From the NCBI RefSeq assembly GCF_009914755.1, contig NC_060928.1: a stretch of DNA of 64,000 nt; one strand, given 5' to 3'. The notes under the pieces are model-generated. The model saw only the letters and a program-made list of their open reading frames with translations, did no database searches and was not told where the DNA came from. The first letter of the stretch is position 1. Every line of letters starts with the position of its first letter. A program made the position numbers and the translations under genes. The stretch is from the human T2T-CHM13v2.0 reference genome, Homo sapiens. Shown piece by piece: positions 40,286-54,129 of this stretch.

Positions 40286-40805
40286 CTAGACTTAGACATA
40301 TGACCAAAAAAAGATTTTAAAAATAAACTGAAACTTCCCTTGCCTTTTTTGGCCTTCTGCCTACAATAAGCACTCCAATTTCTGGCCACCAACCAGGTTA
40401 TTTTCTCCAAGCTCTCCTACCACCTGGATTCCAAAGCCCAGAAAAGGAAGAAGCATGTTTACCTGATTAATCTGTGTGATCTCTGAGCCATCACCCATCA
40501 AAGGGCTGGCTTTGCCAGGAAGCAATTAGTGCCTAATTGACAATTGCTGGTGTCTCTGTAGCTATTCTCTAGACCTGCTGACAGCGCCCCTCAACCAGAG
40601 TATTTTATTATAAACATCTTCTCTGGTGAGGTTTCCAGGGCCTGCATTCTAGGTGTGAACAAGCTGAAGGAGAGCACTGTGCTGCTAGATAGGAGAGAAG
40701 ACCCTGGAGTCCTGCCTGAACTCAGCTCTGGCAGAAGCCATGTGCCTTAGTTCAGGCTGCTATAACAAATGGCCATGTACTGGGTAGCTTAAAAACCAAC
40801 ATTTA

Positions 40806-41227
40806 CCCAGTCTATCAATGATGGGCATTTGGGTTGATTCCATGTCCTTGCTATTGTGAATAGTGCTGCAATGAACATACATGTGTACGTACCTTTGTAA
40901 TAGGATGATTTATATTCCTTTGGGTATATACTCAGTAATGGGATTGCTGGGTCAAATGCTATTTCTGGTTCTAGATCTTTGGAGCTGAACAATGAGATCA
41001 CACGGACACAGGGAGAGGAACAACACACACTGGGGCTTGTCGGGGGGGTGGGGTGGGGGGAGGGAGAGTATTACAAAAAATAGCTAATGCATGCTGGGCT
41101 TAATACCTAGGTAATGGGTTGATATGTGCAGCAAACCACTATGGCACACCTTTACCTATGTAACAAACCTGCACATCTTGCACGTGTACCCCAGAACTAA
41201 AAATAACAATAAAAATAAGTAAATAAG
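40806..41227 (+). mobile_element. Short L1PA (mid-age) with 5' inversion (twin priming)
   Basis: 40806-40981 is antisense ORF2 C-terminus; 40981-41227 is sense 3' UTR plus A-rich tail. TSD AAACCAACATTTA at 40793-40805 and 41228-41240. Confidence 0.9.
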
Positions 41228-41268
41228 AAACCAACATTTATTTCTTGCAGTTCCAGAGACTGGGAATT

Positions 41269-41561
41269 TCTTCTCTTTCTTTTTTGTTCCAGTGGGTACA
41301 TGTACAGGTTTATTACATGGGTATATGCTGCATATGCATGATGCTGAGGTCTCGGGTATAACTGATCCAGTCACCCAGGCAGTGAGCATAGTACCCAATC
41401 ATTATTCAATCTTTGGTTCCCTACCTTCCTCCCCCACAAATAGTCTCCAGTGTCTATTGTTGCCATCTTTATGTCTATAAGTACCCAATGTTTAACTCCC
41501 ATGTATCAGTGAACATGTGGTATTTGGTTTTCGGCTCTTGTGTTAATTTTCTTTGGATAAT
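41269..41561 (-). mobile_element. Short L1PA15-17-like 3' end
   Basis: GGGTACATGTACAGGTTTATTACATGGGTATA...GATGCTGAGGT. TSD GAG(A/G)CTGGGAATT at 41256-41268 and 41562-41574. Confidence 0.88.
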
Positions 41562-41899
41562 GAGGCTGGGAATTCTAAGATAAGGGTGCCAACATGGCCG
41601 AGTTCTTGGGAGGGCTCTCTTCCCGGTTATGTTCTCACATGGCTGAGACCAAAGACAGAGGAAGCAAGCTCTCTCCTGCGTCTTCTCCTAAGGGCACCCA
41701 TCCCATTCCTGAGGGCTCCACCTTCATAACTTAAGTATCTCCTAAAGCCCCACATCCTAATACCATCCCATTGTGAGTTAGGGTTTCAACATATGGATTT
41801 TGGGAAGAGACAAGCATTCAGTCCACAGCACCTTTAACCTGAGAATGAAAGTGTTAAAATTCAAGAATTGCAGAGCAGGTGGGCTCCAATAGCCTTGAG

Positions 41900-42080
41900 G
41901 GCCAGAAGACCATAACATGGTTTCATCTTATAACAATCTTGAAAAGTTTTTAAAAATATTGATGCCCAGGCTCCAACCTAGAACAACTGAATCAGAATCT
42001 TCTAGGGGTGGACCTAGACTCAGTAGTTTTTAAAATCTTCCCAGGTGGTTCCAGTATGGTGTCAGAGTTAAGAGCCACTA
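41900..42080. mobile_element. MER5A/B hAT MITE
   Basis: TGATGCCCAGGCTCCAACCTAGAACAACTGAATCAGAATCT...CCCAGGTGGTTCC...GTTAAGAGCCACT. Confidence 0.75.
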
Positions 42081-42451
42081 ATGTTCCAAAAGACTCTTTT
42101 TCACAGATGAGGAAACTGAGGCTCAGAGCAGGAAGTCATTCTTGCCTAAAAGTAGCAATTGCCACTATCCTGAATTACAGCTTCATCTCACAATGCATAA
42201 TCAACCTAGGGAATCAATAAGTGATGGAGGAATAAAAAAGTTAAAGGTAAAAATGTGGGGAACCAAAGAGACTTCTGAATGAAGATGTGCTTTGTAAATG
42301 CAACTATCCGAGTGCTGATTCCATTATACTTTCCTCATCTGCTCATTTTTCTTAATAATCCCACTGAATCCATAGACAATGATTGGCTACAGAAATGAAC
42401 CATGACTGCTTCATCTCAGAATCTCTGGTCCTGGCACAGTGCCTGGTCCAT

Positions 42452-43236
42452 TGTTATGGGCTGAATTATTGCTCCCAAACAATATGCTGTAGTCTTAACC
42501 CCCGGTTAGGGGTTGTATGTGAATGTGACCTTGTTTGCAGTTAGTGTCTTTCCAGCTGTAATCAAGTTAGGATGAGATCATTGGTGAATCCTTAATCCAA
42601 TATGGTATTCTTATAAGAAGAAAAGAAGAGACACAGAGATGCACAGAAAGAACAGAGTGTGGAAGTGGAGGCAGAGATTGGAGCAATTCATCTACAAGCC
42701 AGAGATCAATGGCCACCACCAGAAGCTAGAAAGAGACAAGGAAAAACTTCTTCCCTGGAGCTTTCTGAGGTAGCAAGCCAATACCTTGATTTCAGACTTC
42801 TAAGCTCCAGAACTGTGAGACAATACATTTCTGTTGTCTTTTTAAATTTTTATTTATTTATTTATTTTTATTATTAATTTTTTTTTGAGACAGGTCTTGC
42901 TCTGTCGCCCAGGCTGAAGAGCAGTGGCATGATGGCTCACTGTAACCTCTGCCTCCCAGGCTTAAGCAATCCTTCCACCTTAGCCTCCCTAATAGCTGGG
43001 ACAACAGGTATGTGCCACTGCACCCAGTGAATTTTTGTATTTTTTTTTTGGTAGAGATGGGGTTTTGCCATGTTGCTCAGGCTGATCTCGAACTCCTGGA
43101 CTCAAGTGATTCTCCTGCCTTGGCCTCCCAAAGTGCTGGGATTATAGGTGTGAGCGACCATGCCCAGCCCATTTCTGCTGTCTAAAGTCACCAAGGTTTT
43201 GATACTTTGTTATGGCAGTCTCAGCAAATTGATACA
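42452..43236 (+). mobile_element. MLT1B/C solo LTR split by AluJ
   Basis: TGTTATGGGCTGAATT...GAATGTGACCTTGTTTG...TTTGTTATGGCAGTCTCAGCAAATTGATACA. Confidence 0.85.
42840..43169 (-). mobile_element. AluJ
   Basis: Antisense Alu (CTCCTGGACTCAAGTGAT). TSD CATTTCTG(T/C)TGTCT at 42826-42839 and 43170-43183. Confidence 0.92.
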
Positions 43237-43988
43237 GCGAGTGTCTGAACAGAATTCCTGAGCTCATCTCTGACCATGAGTCTTGGAGACAAAATGCTGA
43301 GGTTCACAAGTTAGCTCCCCCTCTTATTTGGCTGTGCAACCATAAGAAAAGTGTGTAAATTTTCTAGGTCTCAGTTTCTCTTCCTATAAAATGAGAATAA
43401 AATAGCACCTACCTCCCAGAGCTGTTGAGAGGATTGAGTCAATACATCTAAAGTGCTTGGTATAGCATTTGTTCCATAGGAAGAGCATAATAAATCTTAG
43501 ATAGTGTTTGTATCTGTGTTATCTCTAGAACTACAAAATTTCTGCCTGGAAATTTTTCTCTATGCCTGGTAGGTTTTCTCTAATGAACAGGGCTTTCTTG
43601 ACCACATGAAATATGGTGTCACTTCTTAGAGGTTCATATTTGATCCTCTGTGTAATAGTTACTTTTTGTGCCTCACCCATGTCCCCTTGGGTCACCCTCA
43701 AGGTCACTATCTAGTTTGGCACACATTGAGGAATCCTATGCCTCTTGGCCCAAGGGTGTTCTCTGGACACAGAGCATGCCCAGCACTCCTGGGGAAGATG
43801 AGATGGGCTCAAGGTCAACCAGGTGAAATCGGGGGACCAAGGGATCAACCCTTCAAACCATGAGGAAAGAGATTTGATAGATAAATCTACCAATATGCTT
43901 TTCAGTAGGACAAATTAGCGGAAGTGTTTTTCCCGTGGGTTCTCAGTGCAGTTGAGCCCCAGTTGCCCACGGTAGGTACCCTCTCCCT

Positions 43989-44205
43989 CAGGGGTCAGCA
44001 AATATGAACCAAATCCTGCTAGATACTTGTTTTTAATAAAGTCTTATTGGAACACAGTCATGCCCATTTATTTGCATGTTGCCTGTGACTGCCTTCACAC
44101 TACAACAGTGGAGTCAAGTAATTGCAACAGGGACCATATAATCCACCAAGTCAAAAACATTTACTATCTTGGCCTTTACAGAGAATATTTGCTGGCCCTT
44201 GCTCT
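43989..44205. mobile_element. MER58A-like hAT element
   Basis: CAGGGGTCAGCAAA ... AATAAAGTCTTATTGGAACACAGTCATGCCCATT ... TTTGCTGGCCCTTG. Confidence 0.8.
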
Positions 44206-45149
44206 AGAGGAAGCATACTTTATTGGTTTCCTTTTCTTCCCTGACTCACTTCTCCACTTATTTGCATTCCTTACTAGGAGCACCTGTTTCCCAAATAAGC
44301 TACCTACACCCCAATAACTGTGTTGGGGTTGGCTTTTGGATGGATCCAAACTCAGATGCTCTGTTAGAGCAACTCCATCTCAAGACCAAACACAGTACCT
44401 GGCATGGAGCAGGCTCTCAAATATTTGTTGTATAAATGAACGGATGGAAAGTAGAAAGAAGCTGCACTAGGTCACAAATTAAAGAACCTTGTTAAAGGGG
44501 ACAGCATTGCTAAGAGGGACCCTAGGATCAGGTAGAAAAACAGACAGAGCTTTGATATGCTAGATACCACTTCTCTGCTCAATGAACACCTCTGTCTTCT
44601 GAAATCCCAATATTACCACATCATAAATAAACTTGACTCCTGCAGGAACATTCTCTGAAAGAGTAAATACTCCATATAAGATTAAGCATGTAGAACACAG
44701 GCTCTCATTCTGGGCCTTAGGACAGGTACTTTGATAAATTTGTTACCTAAGTAAATTAAGGTAAGTGAAAGTAAAGGGGGTAGAGTGCAGAGAGAGGAAA
44801 GTTATGGAGCCGTCCTGCACTTAGGGTTACCTATGTCTGGTAGAGTTGTCTTGTTTTACCCTCTTGTCAGCTCCCTGTAATAGGTAAAAATATGTTTAAA
44901 CATTTTCCCAAAGGCATTTCATAGGATTGGGACTTGAAGCCAGGCGTATTTTTTCCATCATATGTGGGCCCCTTCCCAGGTTTCCTGAGCATCTCTTGTG
45001 TGCTGCTCACAGCACTCGGCGCTTTCTCATTCTTTGCCAATGTGAAGGCTTTGTCTATTTTGAGGTAGAGGAACCCTGCCCCACAAATTCAGGAAATGGC
45101 ATCTCACTTCAGATTCAAGTGTTGGACAGTCACTTTTGTAGTCCAGGAA

Positions 45150-45628
45150 ATGTGACAGGCATTGACGTAGCTGTGAGGATGAACCTTGCAGACCTCCTAC
45201 AACAGGGAACATAACTGACCTTGGACCCAGCTGTTGTACCTGAAATCCATCACCACATTTATGCCTGAGTAACCCCCCACCACAACACAGGCTGCCCCCA
45301 CAATGACTAACTGCAGCAAAGACACCAAAACCAACCCATTCCTGAGAGACATGGAACTCCAGGACATCTTTGTTGGCCAACTGAAGCTCAAGGACTTCCC
45401 AAAGGCTTTGTCAACCCTTCTGTAGACTAAACAATAGTCTCGGATGCTTCCACCAACTTCCTCTCCCTCTCCCCTTCACTGGGGTCAGAGTTACACTGCC
45501 TCTGAGGCTCTCCCAGCCTTTCCAAACTCCTGACCTATTTCCTTTCTCACAGGCATTTCTTCTAATAACATCTTAACATGTCTTATCCCACTTTGGTGTC
45601 TGCTTATTGATGGACCTAAACCAATGCA
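45150..45628 (+). mobile_element. LTR16-family ERVL LTR
   Basis: CCCTTCACTGGGGTCAGAG...GGCTCTCCCAGCC...CACAGGCATTTCTTCTAATAA...TTGGTGTCTGCTT...GGACCTAAACCAATGCA. Confidence 0.7.
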
Positions 45629-46479
45629 GGCGGTTCACTGAAGTCTCACAATTTTAATCTCTAGTTTTTAAATAAAGCCCCAAGAAATAGACCAGCCCAC
45701 AGCCAAATAGCCAACTACAAAAGGCCTAGTGCTTAAATTAGTGTCACCTGACTCCAAAATGTGCATTCTCTGCACTTGTTTGCCTCCCAGAATTGGCTGT
45801 TTCATTCCCGCACAGAAATTTTCACAGAGATAAAGAGGCATCAGGCACTTCTGGGTTACTCTCAAAAAAACATGGAGACTAAGAAGAGATACAACACTTG
45901 AGTTAATGTTAGAGAGTAAGAAGACACTATGAGGAGCTTAGAGGTGTACTGATGGCATAATTCAACAAGGAGGAGAGAAAGACCCACAGCACTAATTAAG
46001 GCAGGAAGGCATAGAGACAGAGATGCTTGAAACCATTTTGGACATTCTATTTAGCAAGAAACTGTAAAGAAATATCTGTACAACTGATGGAAAAGAAAGA
46101 CATAAAACACCAATTTCAAAAATGTAATACAGGGAAAATGAAGTAAAATTGATCAGATTTAGAGTAGCGTCTCTGGTGAGGGTTTCAGGATGTTTGTAAA
46201 CCTGGTAACTTTGTCCTAAACTTCGTAACCAAGCAAGGTGAGGGTGGGATGGCAATGTCAGAGGTAAGATAGAGAGCCCCTTCTATGTGGTCAGTGAATA
46301 GCCACTTCCCTGAGTTCTCCCAACTGACTGTGCTCAACCCCTCCCACCCTGTCTCATCCTCAAGGTTGCTGGGAGTCAGCAATTACAGGGTTAATGCTTG
46401 GCATAACAGAATGCATCTAAGAATCCAGTCCTAACTCCTTGACCAGAATCTACTCTGATTGGTCCAACACCAACATAAA

Positions 46480-46720
46480 CTGTCTACCAGATCATCTTCT
46501 TCAAGCAACCCTCCCTGGCCCTTCAGTGAGGTCACTAGTCCCTCTGTCTGCCCCCATCCCATAGCTCCTCTGCTTATTTCCATCACAGTGTACACCAGGC
46601 TGTATTGCCTACAAACTAAGAGTGTGTGCCTCCTCACACAGGAACTACATCTTTGGCTCACTAGTGCAGTGTTCGGCACATAGTAGGGGCTCAATAAACC
46701 CCAGTTCAATGGTTGAATGC
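46480..46720 (+). mobile_element. L2 3' end
   Basis: GCAGTGTTCGGCACATAGTAGGGGCTCAATAAA...GTTGAATG tail. Confidence 0.7.
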
Positions 46721-48104
46721 ACAGATGGAGGAGAGCTGGATGCACCATGAGAGAGAAAAAATTGTTTGTACTCTGGTACAAACAACTTTTGTATGCATGG
46801 TATGTACAGCATAACCAAGGTGTTCTCTGAAGTGGCTATATCATATTTGAATGTATCTTTTATACTTGATCAAATATAAAACTCTTTCCAATACACCTGA
46901 CTTCTGGCTATGCCCTCACCAGCTGTGTGTCTAAGAGCCAAGGACTTAACCTTATCTAAGCTGCACTGAATCTATGGTATTACCTAGACATTAGAAGGCA
47001 GCTCATTCACATGGCCACTAACAAACACACAGTGTAGCTGCAAAAGACAGATCATGGCTAAACTCCCACTCCATTGATTCGGGAGGATTTGCTGAGTCCT
47101 TGAGCCAGAAATATTTTATTTGTTCCATTACTTTATCCTTAGAAGAACTCTGTGAGGCAGTTATTATTGTTTTGCAGATGAAGAAAGCAGGAGGCTTAAC
47201 ATATCTTTTCCAAGAAGATGCAGTTAATAAGAGGCATGGTGATGATTCAAACCCTAGACTTTGTTTCCTAATTCAAAGTAAACAGCTTTCTAAGCTAACT
47301 CCCAAACCAGGTCTCCTGATTGAGGGCCATGGTCTCCTTCTCTCGGAGAATTAGGACCAAGTAGCTCAGGCTGTCTCAGTGTTCCCTAAGAGGATGTAGA
47401 GTTGCAATTGTGTGTCTGCAGAAAGGATAGAAAAGAAGAGAACAGGATGATTCTAGGGGATGCTTCCCAAGCACCCTGGGCTGGGGAAAAAAAAAAAGCT
47501 ACTTTCATCTTGCTTAATGCCCAATACAAATAAATACACCAAAATATTTCCCTTCCAGCATAGAGGCACTCAGCCTTCAGAGATACAAGACTGTAGTTCT
47601 CTGAACACTGGGAAACGTCTTGCTCATCTTTCTATCTCAAGCATTGGACACAATAATTTTCTATGGACTTAAATTGAACTGTATGTCTAAGCCAGTGCTT
47701 CTAAACTTAAGGACATTAAAAAAAATAGTATTAAGGAGGTGGGAAGAGGGGAAAATACTTTGGAAATTAAACTGGGTACAAAGTGAGTATGACAAGATTT
47801 ATTTAAGAAAGAAAAACTAAAGGAGCTAAACTGAAGAACTTGACTAGCAGACAAAATACAAGGACCAAGAGTGTACAAATATTTGAAAGGTGCTCCCTAG
47901 AGCAGGAAACATCATATAGTATGATTGTTAGTATGGTATATAGTGAGAGTAACTTGGGGAAAATGGTCTAGAGGTAGGAAATGAGCATGCAAGGCAAGCA
48001 GGGTCTACGGACAAGTTGATGTAGGGAGATGGTTTGGGATGGGGAATTTAGAATTCCAAGTCTCCAGAATTAGCTCTTGATGGCTCTGGGCAAGCCACCA
48101 CACT

Positions 48105-48960
48105 CATCTGCTCATCCTTCTACCTAATATGCATTGAGCACTTGCTATGTACCAGGAACTCTGCACAAAGTGAGGCCAGGCTACCTGCCCTAGTGAAACT
48201 CACCATCTTCCAGAGAGGAAAAATGTTAACAAGCAGTGGCAGCAGGGAGTGGTTGAGTTTTACAATGGGAGCTGCAAGAGCACATCCAGGGATCCGTCTT
48301 GGTTTATGACACCAGGAAGTCTCCCTGAGACTAAAAGAAAGAGAAGGTGTTGGCCACTGAAGACAGAGGCGGAGAGCATTCAAGGAAGAGGGAGAAGCAT
48401 GCGACATGGGAGGGCAGTAGGAGAGTTAAGGAGCCTCCAGAAAACTGGAAGAAGTTTGGAGTGGGAGAGGGAGGCTGCCAAGGCATTATTCAAGAGAGGA
48501 ATAGGCAAGAGCCAGCCAGAACTGGCCACGTGTGCCAGGCACCTTCAGAGCAATAGGGAGCTAATGAAGGGTGAGGAACTAGGGAGGAACAAGATCTTAG
48601 CTGCATTCTAGAAAGGTCCTCATGGCAGATGGGTAAAGAAAAGATTGGATTGGTGAGAAAGGGTTCAGGAAGAGCAGGCTGAAAGTTGTTCAGCAGTCTG
48701 TGAAAATATAATGAGAAAAGCCTTCCTCAAACAGTGACACATGAGCTGAGCATTAAAGGAAGAGGAGAAAATTGTGAAGGGAAATCTTGGCAGATGCATG
48801 ACCTAGGCAAAGACAGAGGTACAGAAAGGGCACAGAGTCCAGGAACAGCAATAACTTCTTGTGGCTGCAGTGTGGCATGAGTGAGCAGGGGTGACAGGGG
48901 CCAGTCATGAAACACCTCACATGTTAAGCCAAAGGATAGAAACATTCTCCTAAAATCCAG
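48105..48960 (-). mobile_element. L2 fragment
   Basis: CATTGAGCACTTGCTATGTACCAGGAACTCTG followed by purine-rich L2 antisense body; explains ORFs 48120-48611. Confidence 0.6.
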
Positions 48961-49999
48961 TAGAGTGGAGCAGTTTAGGGCAGAGGTTTGGGATCAGAAC
49001 AACCAGGGTTCAAATCCCAGCTCTACTGCAGCCTGTGTACTGGTGGTCAGTGAACTTACAGTTGAATCTCACTTCCCTCATCTATAAAATGGTAACACTG
49101 TATGGAGCAAAAGATAAGTGCACAATGAGTGGTCATGGAAGCAGTGGGGCTGCATTCTGGGCACTCTTTGGACACTACAGAGAACACACTCTTGTTTTCT
49201 TCCCCAGAGAGCGCTGGAGAGATTAACCTTGGACCTGTCCAAAGGGTTTGAGTTAGACAAGCCACCCAAAGGCTCAAGTCACTTGAAAATGTAGTTTTTT
49301 CCATAACAGAATCAATCAATGTGGAGGCTCCACTGGGGCTCTGATCCTCTGTCCCATGTGTTCTTGAATGTAAAGTGCCTCAATGTCTCCTACCTGGAAG
49401 GACCTGCCTCTTCATCCCCAAGTACCATCCTGTATCCTGTCAATGCCTGCCATTGCCTTCCTGGGAATGAGGCCTCCCATTTCAACAGCTTCTTCCTCTC
49501 CCAGGCCTTACTGAAGACAGCACTCTCACCTGACCCTCCTATGCCCTGAACCAGGCTAGGGCAGCTATGACCCAGAGAAATTAAAGTTGTGCAATTTGGT
49601 TTTGGCCTCCAGCAAGTCTTGCCTGGGCCCCCGGATGAACACAGCATGGCTGCCCTCTGAACCAATACATGTCCCACTTCACTCCACGTCCTGCAGCCTG
49701 TGGCCTGATCTGTTTATTCCATTTGCCAGCTAAGTCCCATGGTGTACAGCCAGATGTAGAACTGAAACCACTATAATCGAAGCCCATTTCTACTTGACTG
49801 CTGTGTCACCTTGGCAAGGTAACCTTCTCTGTTGCCTATTTTTTTAATCTGCAACACAGGTATAATGTATTTGCTTCATGAGATACTTGTGAGGGTCAAA
49901 TGAATTAAAGTATGTGAAGTGTTCAGTAATAACAAAGTGTTTGCAACAATGATGATGATGGGTCTGGGAGCTGCTAAGAATTGAGGAAACCTTTCTCCA

Positions 50000-50310
<311 letters not shown>

Positions 50311-50858
50311 TCTCCTTCTTTAAAGTTTTGTAGGCTGCCCAGGGAGCTCCTTGCCTTGTCATGTTTCACACATGCTGGAAACACCCCTCCTGTGACCTCT
50401 ACCATCTAAGGTCAGGCTAGTGCTCAAGGCAAATTTCTATAAGACAGGCATCTGTGATAAGCTTTCCCACCCCCTGGGAAGACTGGGATATTATAGCAGA
50501 AAGAGTGAACCTTCTCTGACCTCCTAATCTTCTAGTAAGAACACCCAGAGAGGGGCAGTGACTAGCCTGAGGTCACACAGCTAACAGGTGACGAAGCCTG
50601 GTCCACAATCCGTGGTAATTGACAAGTCCTACCCATGCTATGCCACAAGTCTGTGGTGAAGGGAACCACAAACTTACTAACATTCACTGAGGACCTACTA
50701 TATGCCAAGCCCAGAAACGGGGGCTTTAAGTTCATGAACCCATCTCATCTTCACAGGAACTCCAGGAAATGGATGTCATTATTCCCATTTTACAAGTGAG
50801 AAAATAATTACAAAGGTTGTAAACCCATACTGGCATGTGCTGTGGGCAAGACTCTTTA

Positions 50859-50860
<2 letters not shown>

Positions 50861-50902
<42 letters not shown>
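50861..50902. repeat. (GT)21 microsatellite between MIR fragments
   Basis: Perfect GT run; explains the THTHTH/CVCVCV ORFs. Confidence 0.95.
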
Positions 50903-50904
<2 letters not shown>

Positions 50905-51326
50905 GCATGCTCATTGGTCCTCATAACAACACTCTGAGGAGGTACAACATTGTTCCCATTTTACACATGTGGAAGCTGAGGCACAGAACACTAAGTAGCT
51001 TGGCCAAATCACAGAGTTGGTAAGTAGGTCCCAGAGACGATCTTTGCTGAAGTTCCATACCTTGCCCACATAGAACAAGGATTCAAAACCAAGCCCAGAT
51101 GACCCTGGAAGTCACAGTCTTCCATTACCCACACTCCTTCCTGGCCCCTCCTGGGTGCCTGGCCATATTCCAGGCCCTGTGGAAGGCCAGCGGCTGACGC
51201 ATCTGGCATTTCTAGGGGCTTCCCTGAGTCGCTGAGCCAAGCAAAGTAGCACTAACAATCCTGCCAGGCTGGGGGCTGCTGAGTGCAACTAGAAGTGCGT
51301 GCACTGGGGATTAAGAGAAGAGAGCA

Positions 51327-51714
<388 letters not shown>

Positions 51715-52265
51715 TTACTGAATCTCTGAGCATTCCAATTACCAGCCTCTAAAAGCCCAGTTCCCATTCCAAACCCAGAGCAACTCACAGCAAATGTTAT
51801 CGTCGCTCACACCCAGGTCACTTCAATTTCTGAGCGGGTACACATTCTAATGGTGGGTGCTCTTTCCCCCTGTGCTTACCCTTTCTCTCTCTGTTTTTCA
51901 TAGAGCTGAGCTCTGTAAAATGAGTGGCAGCTTCCAACCCTGCCCACAGTCCTGAACATCCTCCACTCTGCACAATGGCAAGGAACAATGGTTCTGCTAT
52001 CAGCAGAGGCCACCGTGCAGATGGCATGGCGATGAAACCTCTGCAGTAGACCCACACGCCTCCCCGCTGCTGGCCAGCTCCCCTGTGTGTCAGCAGCTCT
52101 TTTCAAGCACAGCATCTCTTTAGAAAGCAAAGCCCCTCCCAGTCTGCAAGCCCACTCCGTCCTAAGAAAGACTTTCTTCTTCCCTGGTGCCAGGCCCTTC
52201 ACCTCTACACTTGAGAGACCTCAGATGCAAGTCCCTGGCCTGAAATGAGAAGGAACAAGGCTCCT

Positions 52266-52569
52266 TTTTATTTATTTTTTCTTATTTTTTGAGAGAGTCT
52301 CACTCTATCACGCAGGTGGGAGTGCAGTGGCACAATCTCGGCCCACTGCAACCTCTGCCTCCCGGGTTCAAGCGATTATCCTCCTCAGCCTCCCAAGTAG
52401 CTGGGATTACAGGTGTGTGCCACCATGCCAGGCTAATGTTTGTTTTTTTAGTAGAAACAGAGTTTTGCCATGTTGGCCAGGCTGGTCTCGAACTCCTGGC
52501 CCCAAGTAATCTGCCCGCCTCAGCCTCCCAAAGTGCTGGGATTACAAGTGTGAGCCACTGCCCCTGGTC
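52266..52569 (-). mobile_element. AluS
   Basis: Antisense Alu ending GTGAGCCACTGCCCCTGGTC. Confidence 0.93.
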
Positions 52570-52594
52570 AGTTTTATTTTTAAAAAATAACTCT

Positions 52595-52839
52595 GGCCGA
52601 GGCAGGTGGATCACCCAAGGTCAGGAGTTCGAGACTAGCCTGGCCAACGTGGCAAAACCCTGTCTCTACTAAAAATACAAAAACTAGCTGGGTGTGGTGG
52701 CATGTGTCTGTAGTCCCAGCTACTCAAGAGTTTGAGGCAAGAGAATCACTTGAACCTGGGAGATGGCGGTTGCAGTGAGCCAAGATTGCGCCACTGCACT
52801 GCAGCCTGGGTGACAGAGCAAGGCTTCATCTCAAAAAAA

Positions 52840-52869
<30 letters not shown>
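52595..52869 (+). mobile_element. AluS, 5'-truncated, (AAAT)n tail
   Basis: Starts at GGCCGAGGCAGGTGGATCACC. Near-TSD AAATAA(C/A)TCTGG. Confidence 0.93.
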
Positions 52870-52878
<9 letters not shown>

Positions 52879-53074
52879 ATCTGGGCACATCTACTGCTTG
52901 TGCCTAGAACCCTGGATGAAAAAACGTCAATGAAAACATCTCTGTTCTTGCCGTCTTATCTGGCAAAGGAGGAATGACGCAGAGAGGGGATCCATAGAAA
53001 GACAAAGACAGCACAAAACAGCCTTACATTTGTCTACAGGGCAACAGAAAAAGCAATGTGAATCAGAAGCTACA

Positions 53075-53296
53075 ATAGGGGTCAAGACAGCATGCAAAAT
53101 TTAGTGTGGGGCTGCATATCTAGATGGCAGCCTGTTTTATAAATAAAGTTCTATTGGAACACAGTCACTCCTATTCATTTACATATTGTCCATACCTGTT
53201 CTTGCCTTACACTGGCAAAGCTATAAGACCATATGCCTTGAAAGCTGAAATAATTTGCTACCTGGCTCTTTACAGAAAAATTTCGCTGACCCCCAA
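53075..53296. mobile_element. MER58A-like hAT element
   Basis: AAATAAAGTTCTATTGGAACACAGTCACTCC...CTTTACAGAAAAATTTCGCTGACCCC. Confidence 0.75.
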
Positions 53297-54129
53297 GCCT
53301 GCTATATTCCTGGCCCCACTGAGTAATTCATACATTTAATTCTATTGAATCATCACAGCCATTCTTATACTGTGGATATTATTAATTCCTTTGCAGCTGC
53401 AGGCTTGGAGAAGTAAAGTCGCTGTTCCCAGGTCACATAAAAGTTAAGAAAAGTATTTGGATTTGACCCAAAAGCACTGACCTTCCTTCACACCTGTGAG
53501 CTGGGACTCGTGCTCTACCTGTAAGTGAGAGGATTCCAATGAACAGTGAGGAGTTACAGAAAACTCCTCACATGGCTCAGGTGAAGGCAGAGGGGCAGGA
53601 GTGAACACAGCCAATAGCAGAGGGGATGTTAAGAGAGAATGCTAGAATTTCAGAGCTTGATGGAGTCTTTGAGATTAAGCTCAACATACTACAGGAGGAT
53701 AGACTGGAGACCAGAGAAGCAGAGCAATGGGCCCAAGGTCACACAGGGACAGAGGCCTCATGGTGAGCAAAACACCCTAAGAGACTTTGTAGGGTCTGGG
53801 TGCTTCTGGCCATGCCAAGCAGGCCTCCTATCAGTTGCCCTGTGTTCACTCTGGGCTGATCGCAGTCCCAGGGCACACCAAAGTCATGAGTACCATCGGG
53901 CTCTTTGAAGTCATAATCGAACCAATTGTGGACTTGCTGTTTGTTTTAACTACATGCCCTCGTGTGACTGCAGTTTTTGTTTGACCAGGTGTAGAGAAAG
54001 GGCACAGGACTGGAAACCATCTAACCTAGAATCCTGTTTGTCACTGGCTCCATGTGTGACCTTGGGCAAGTCACTTAAATCCTCTGGTTCCAATCTCCAG
54101 CTCTATCATACGGGGAGGGAGGGGTGGGG

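Larger units (their letters stand above)
40741..41830 (-). mobile_element. MLT1A/MST-type solo LTR split by two L1 insertions
   Basis: CAGGCTGCTATAACAAA...GCTTAAAAACCAACATTTA|TTTCTTGCAGTTCCAGAG|GCTGGGAATTCTAAGATAAGGGTGCC...CATTCAGTCCACAGCA. Confidence 0.85.

Noticed and set aside
40578-40598. CTCF-like ACAGCGCCCCTCAACC
   Set aside because: Only half of the core matches; not supportable without ChIP data.
52289-52672. Alu-like peptides (also 23345, 24628, 54407, 56452, 57916)
   Set aside because: Standard Alu-derived reading frames, not genes.
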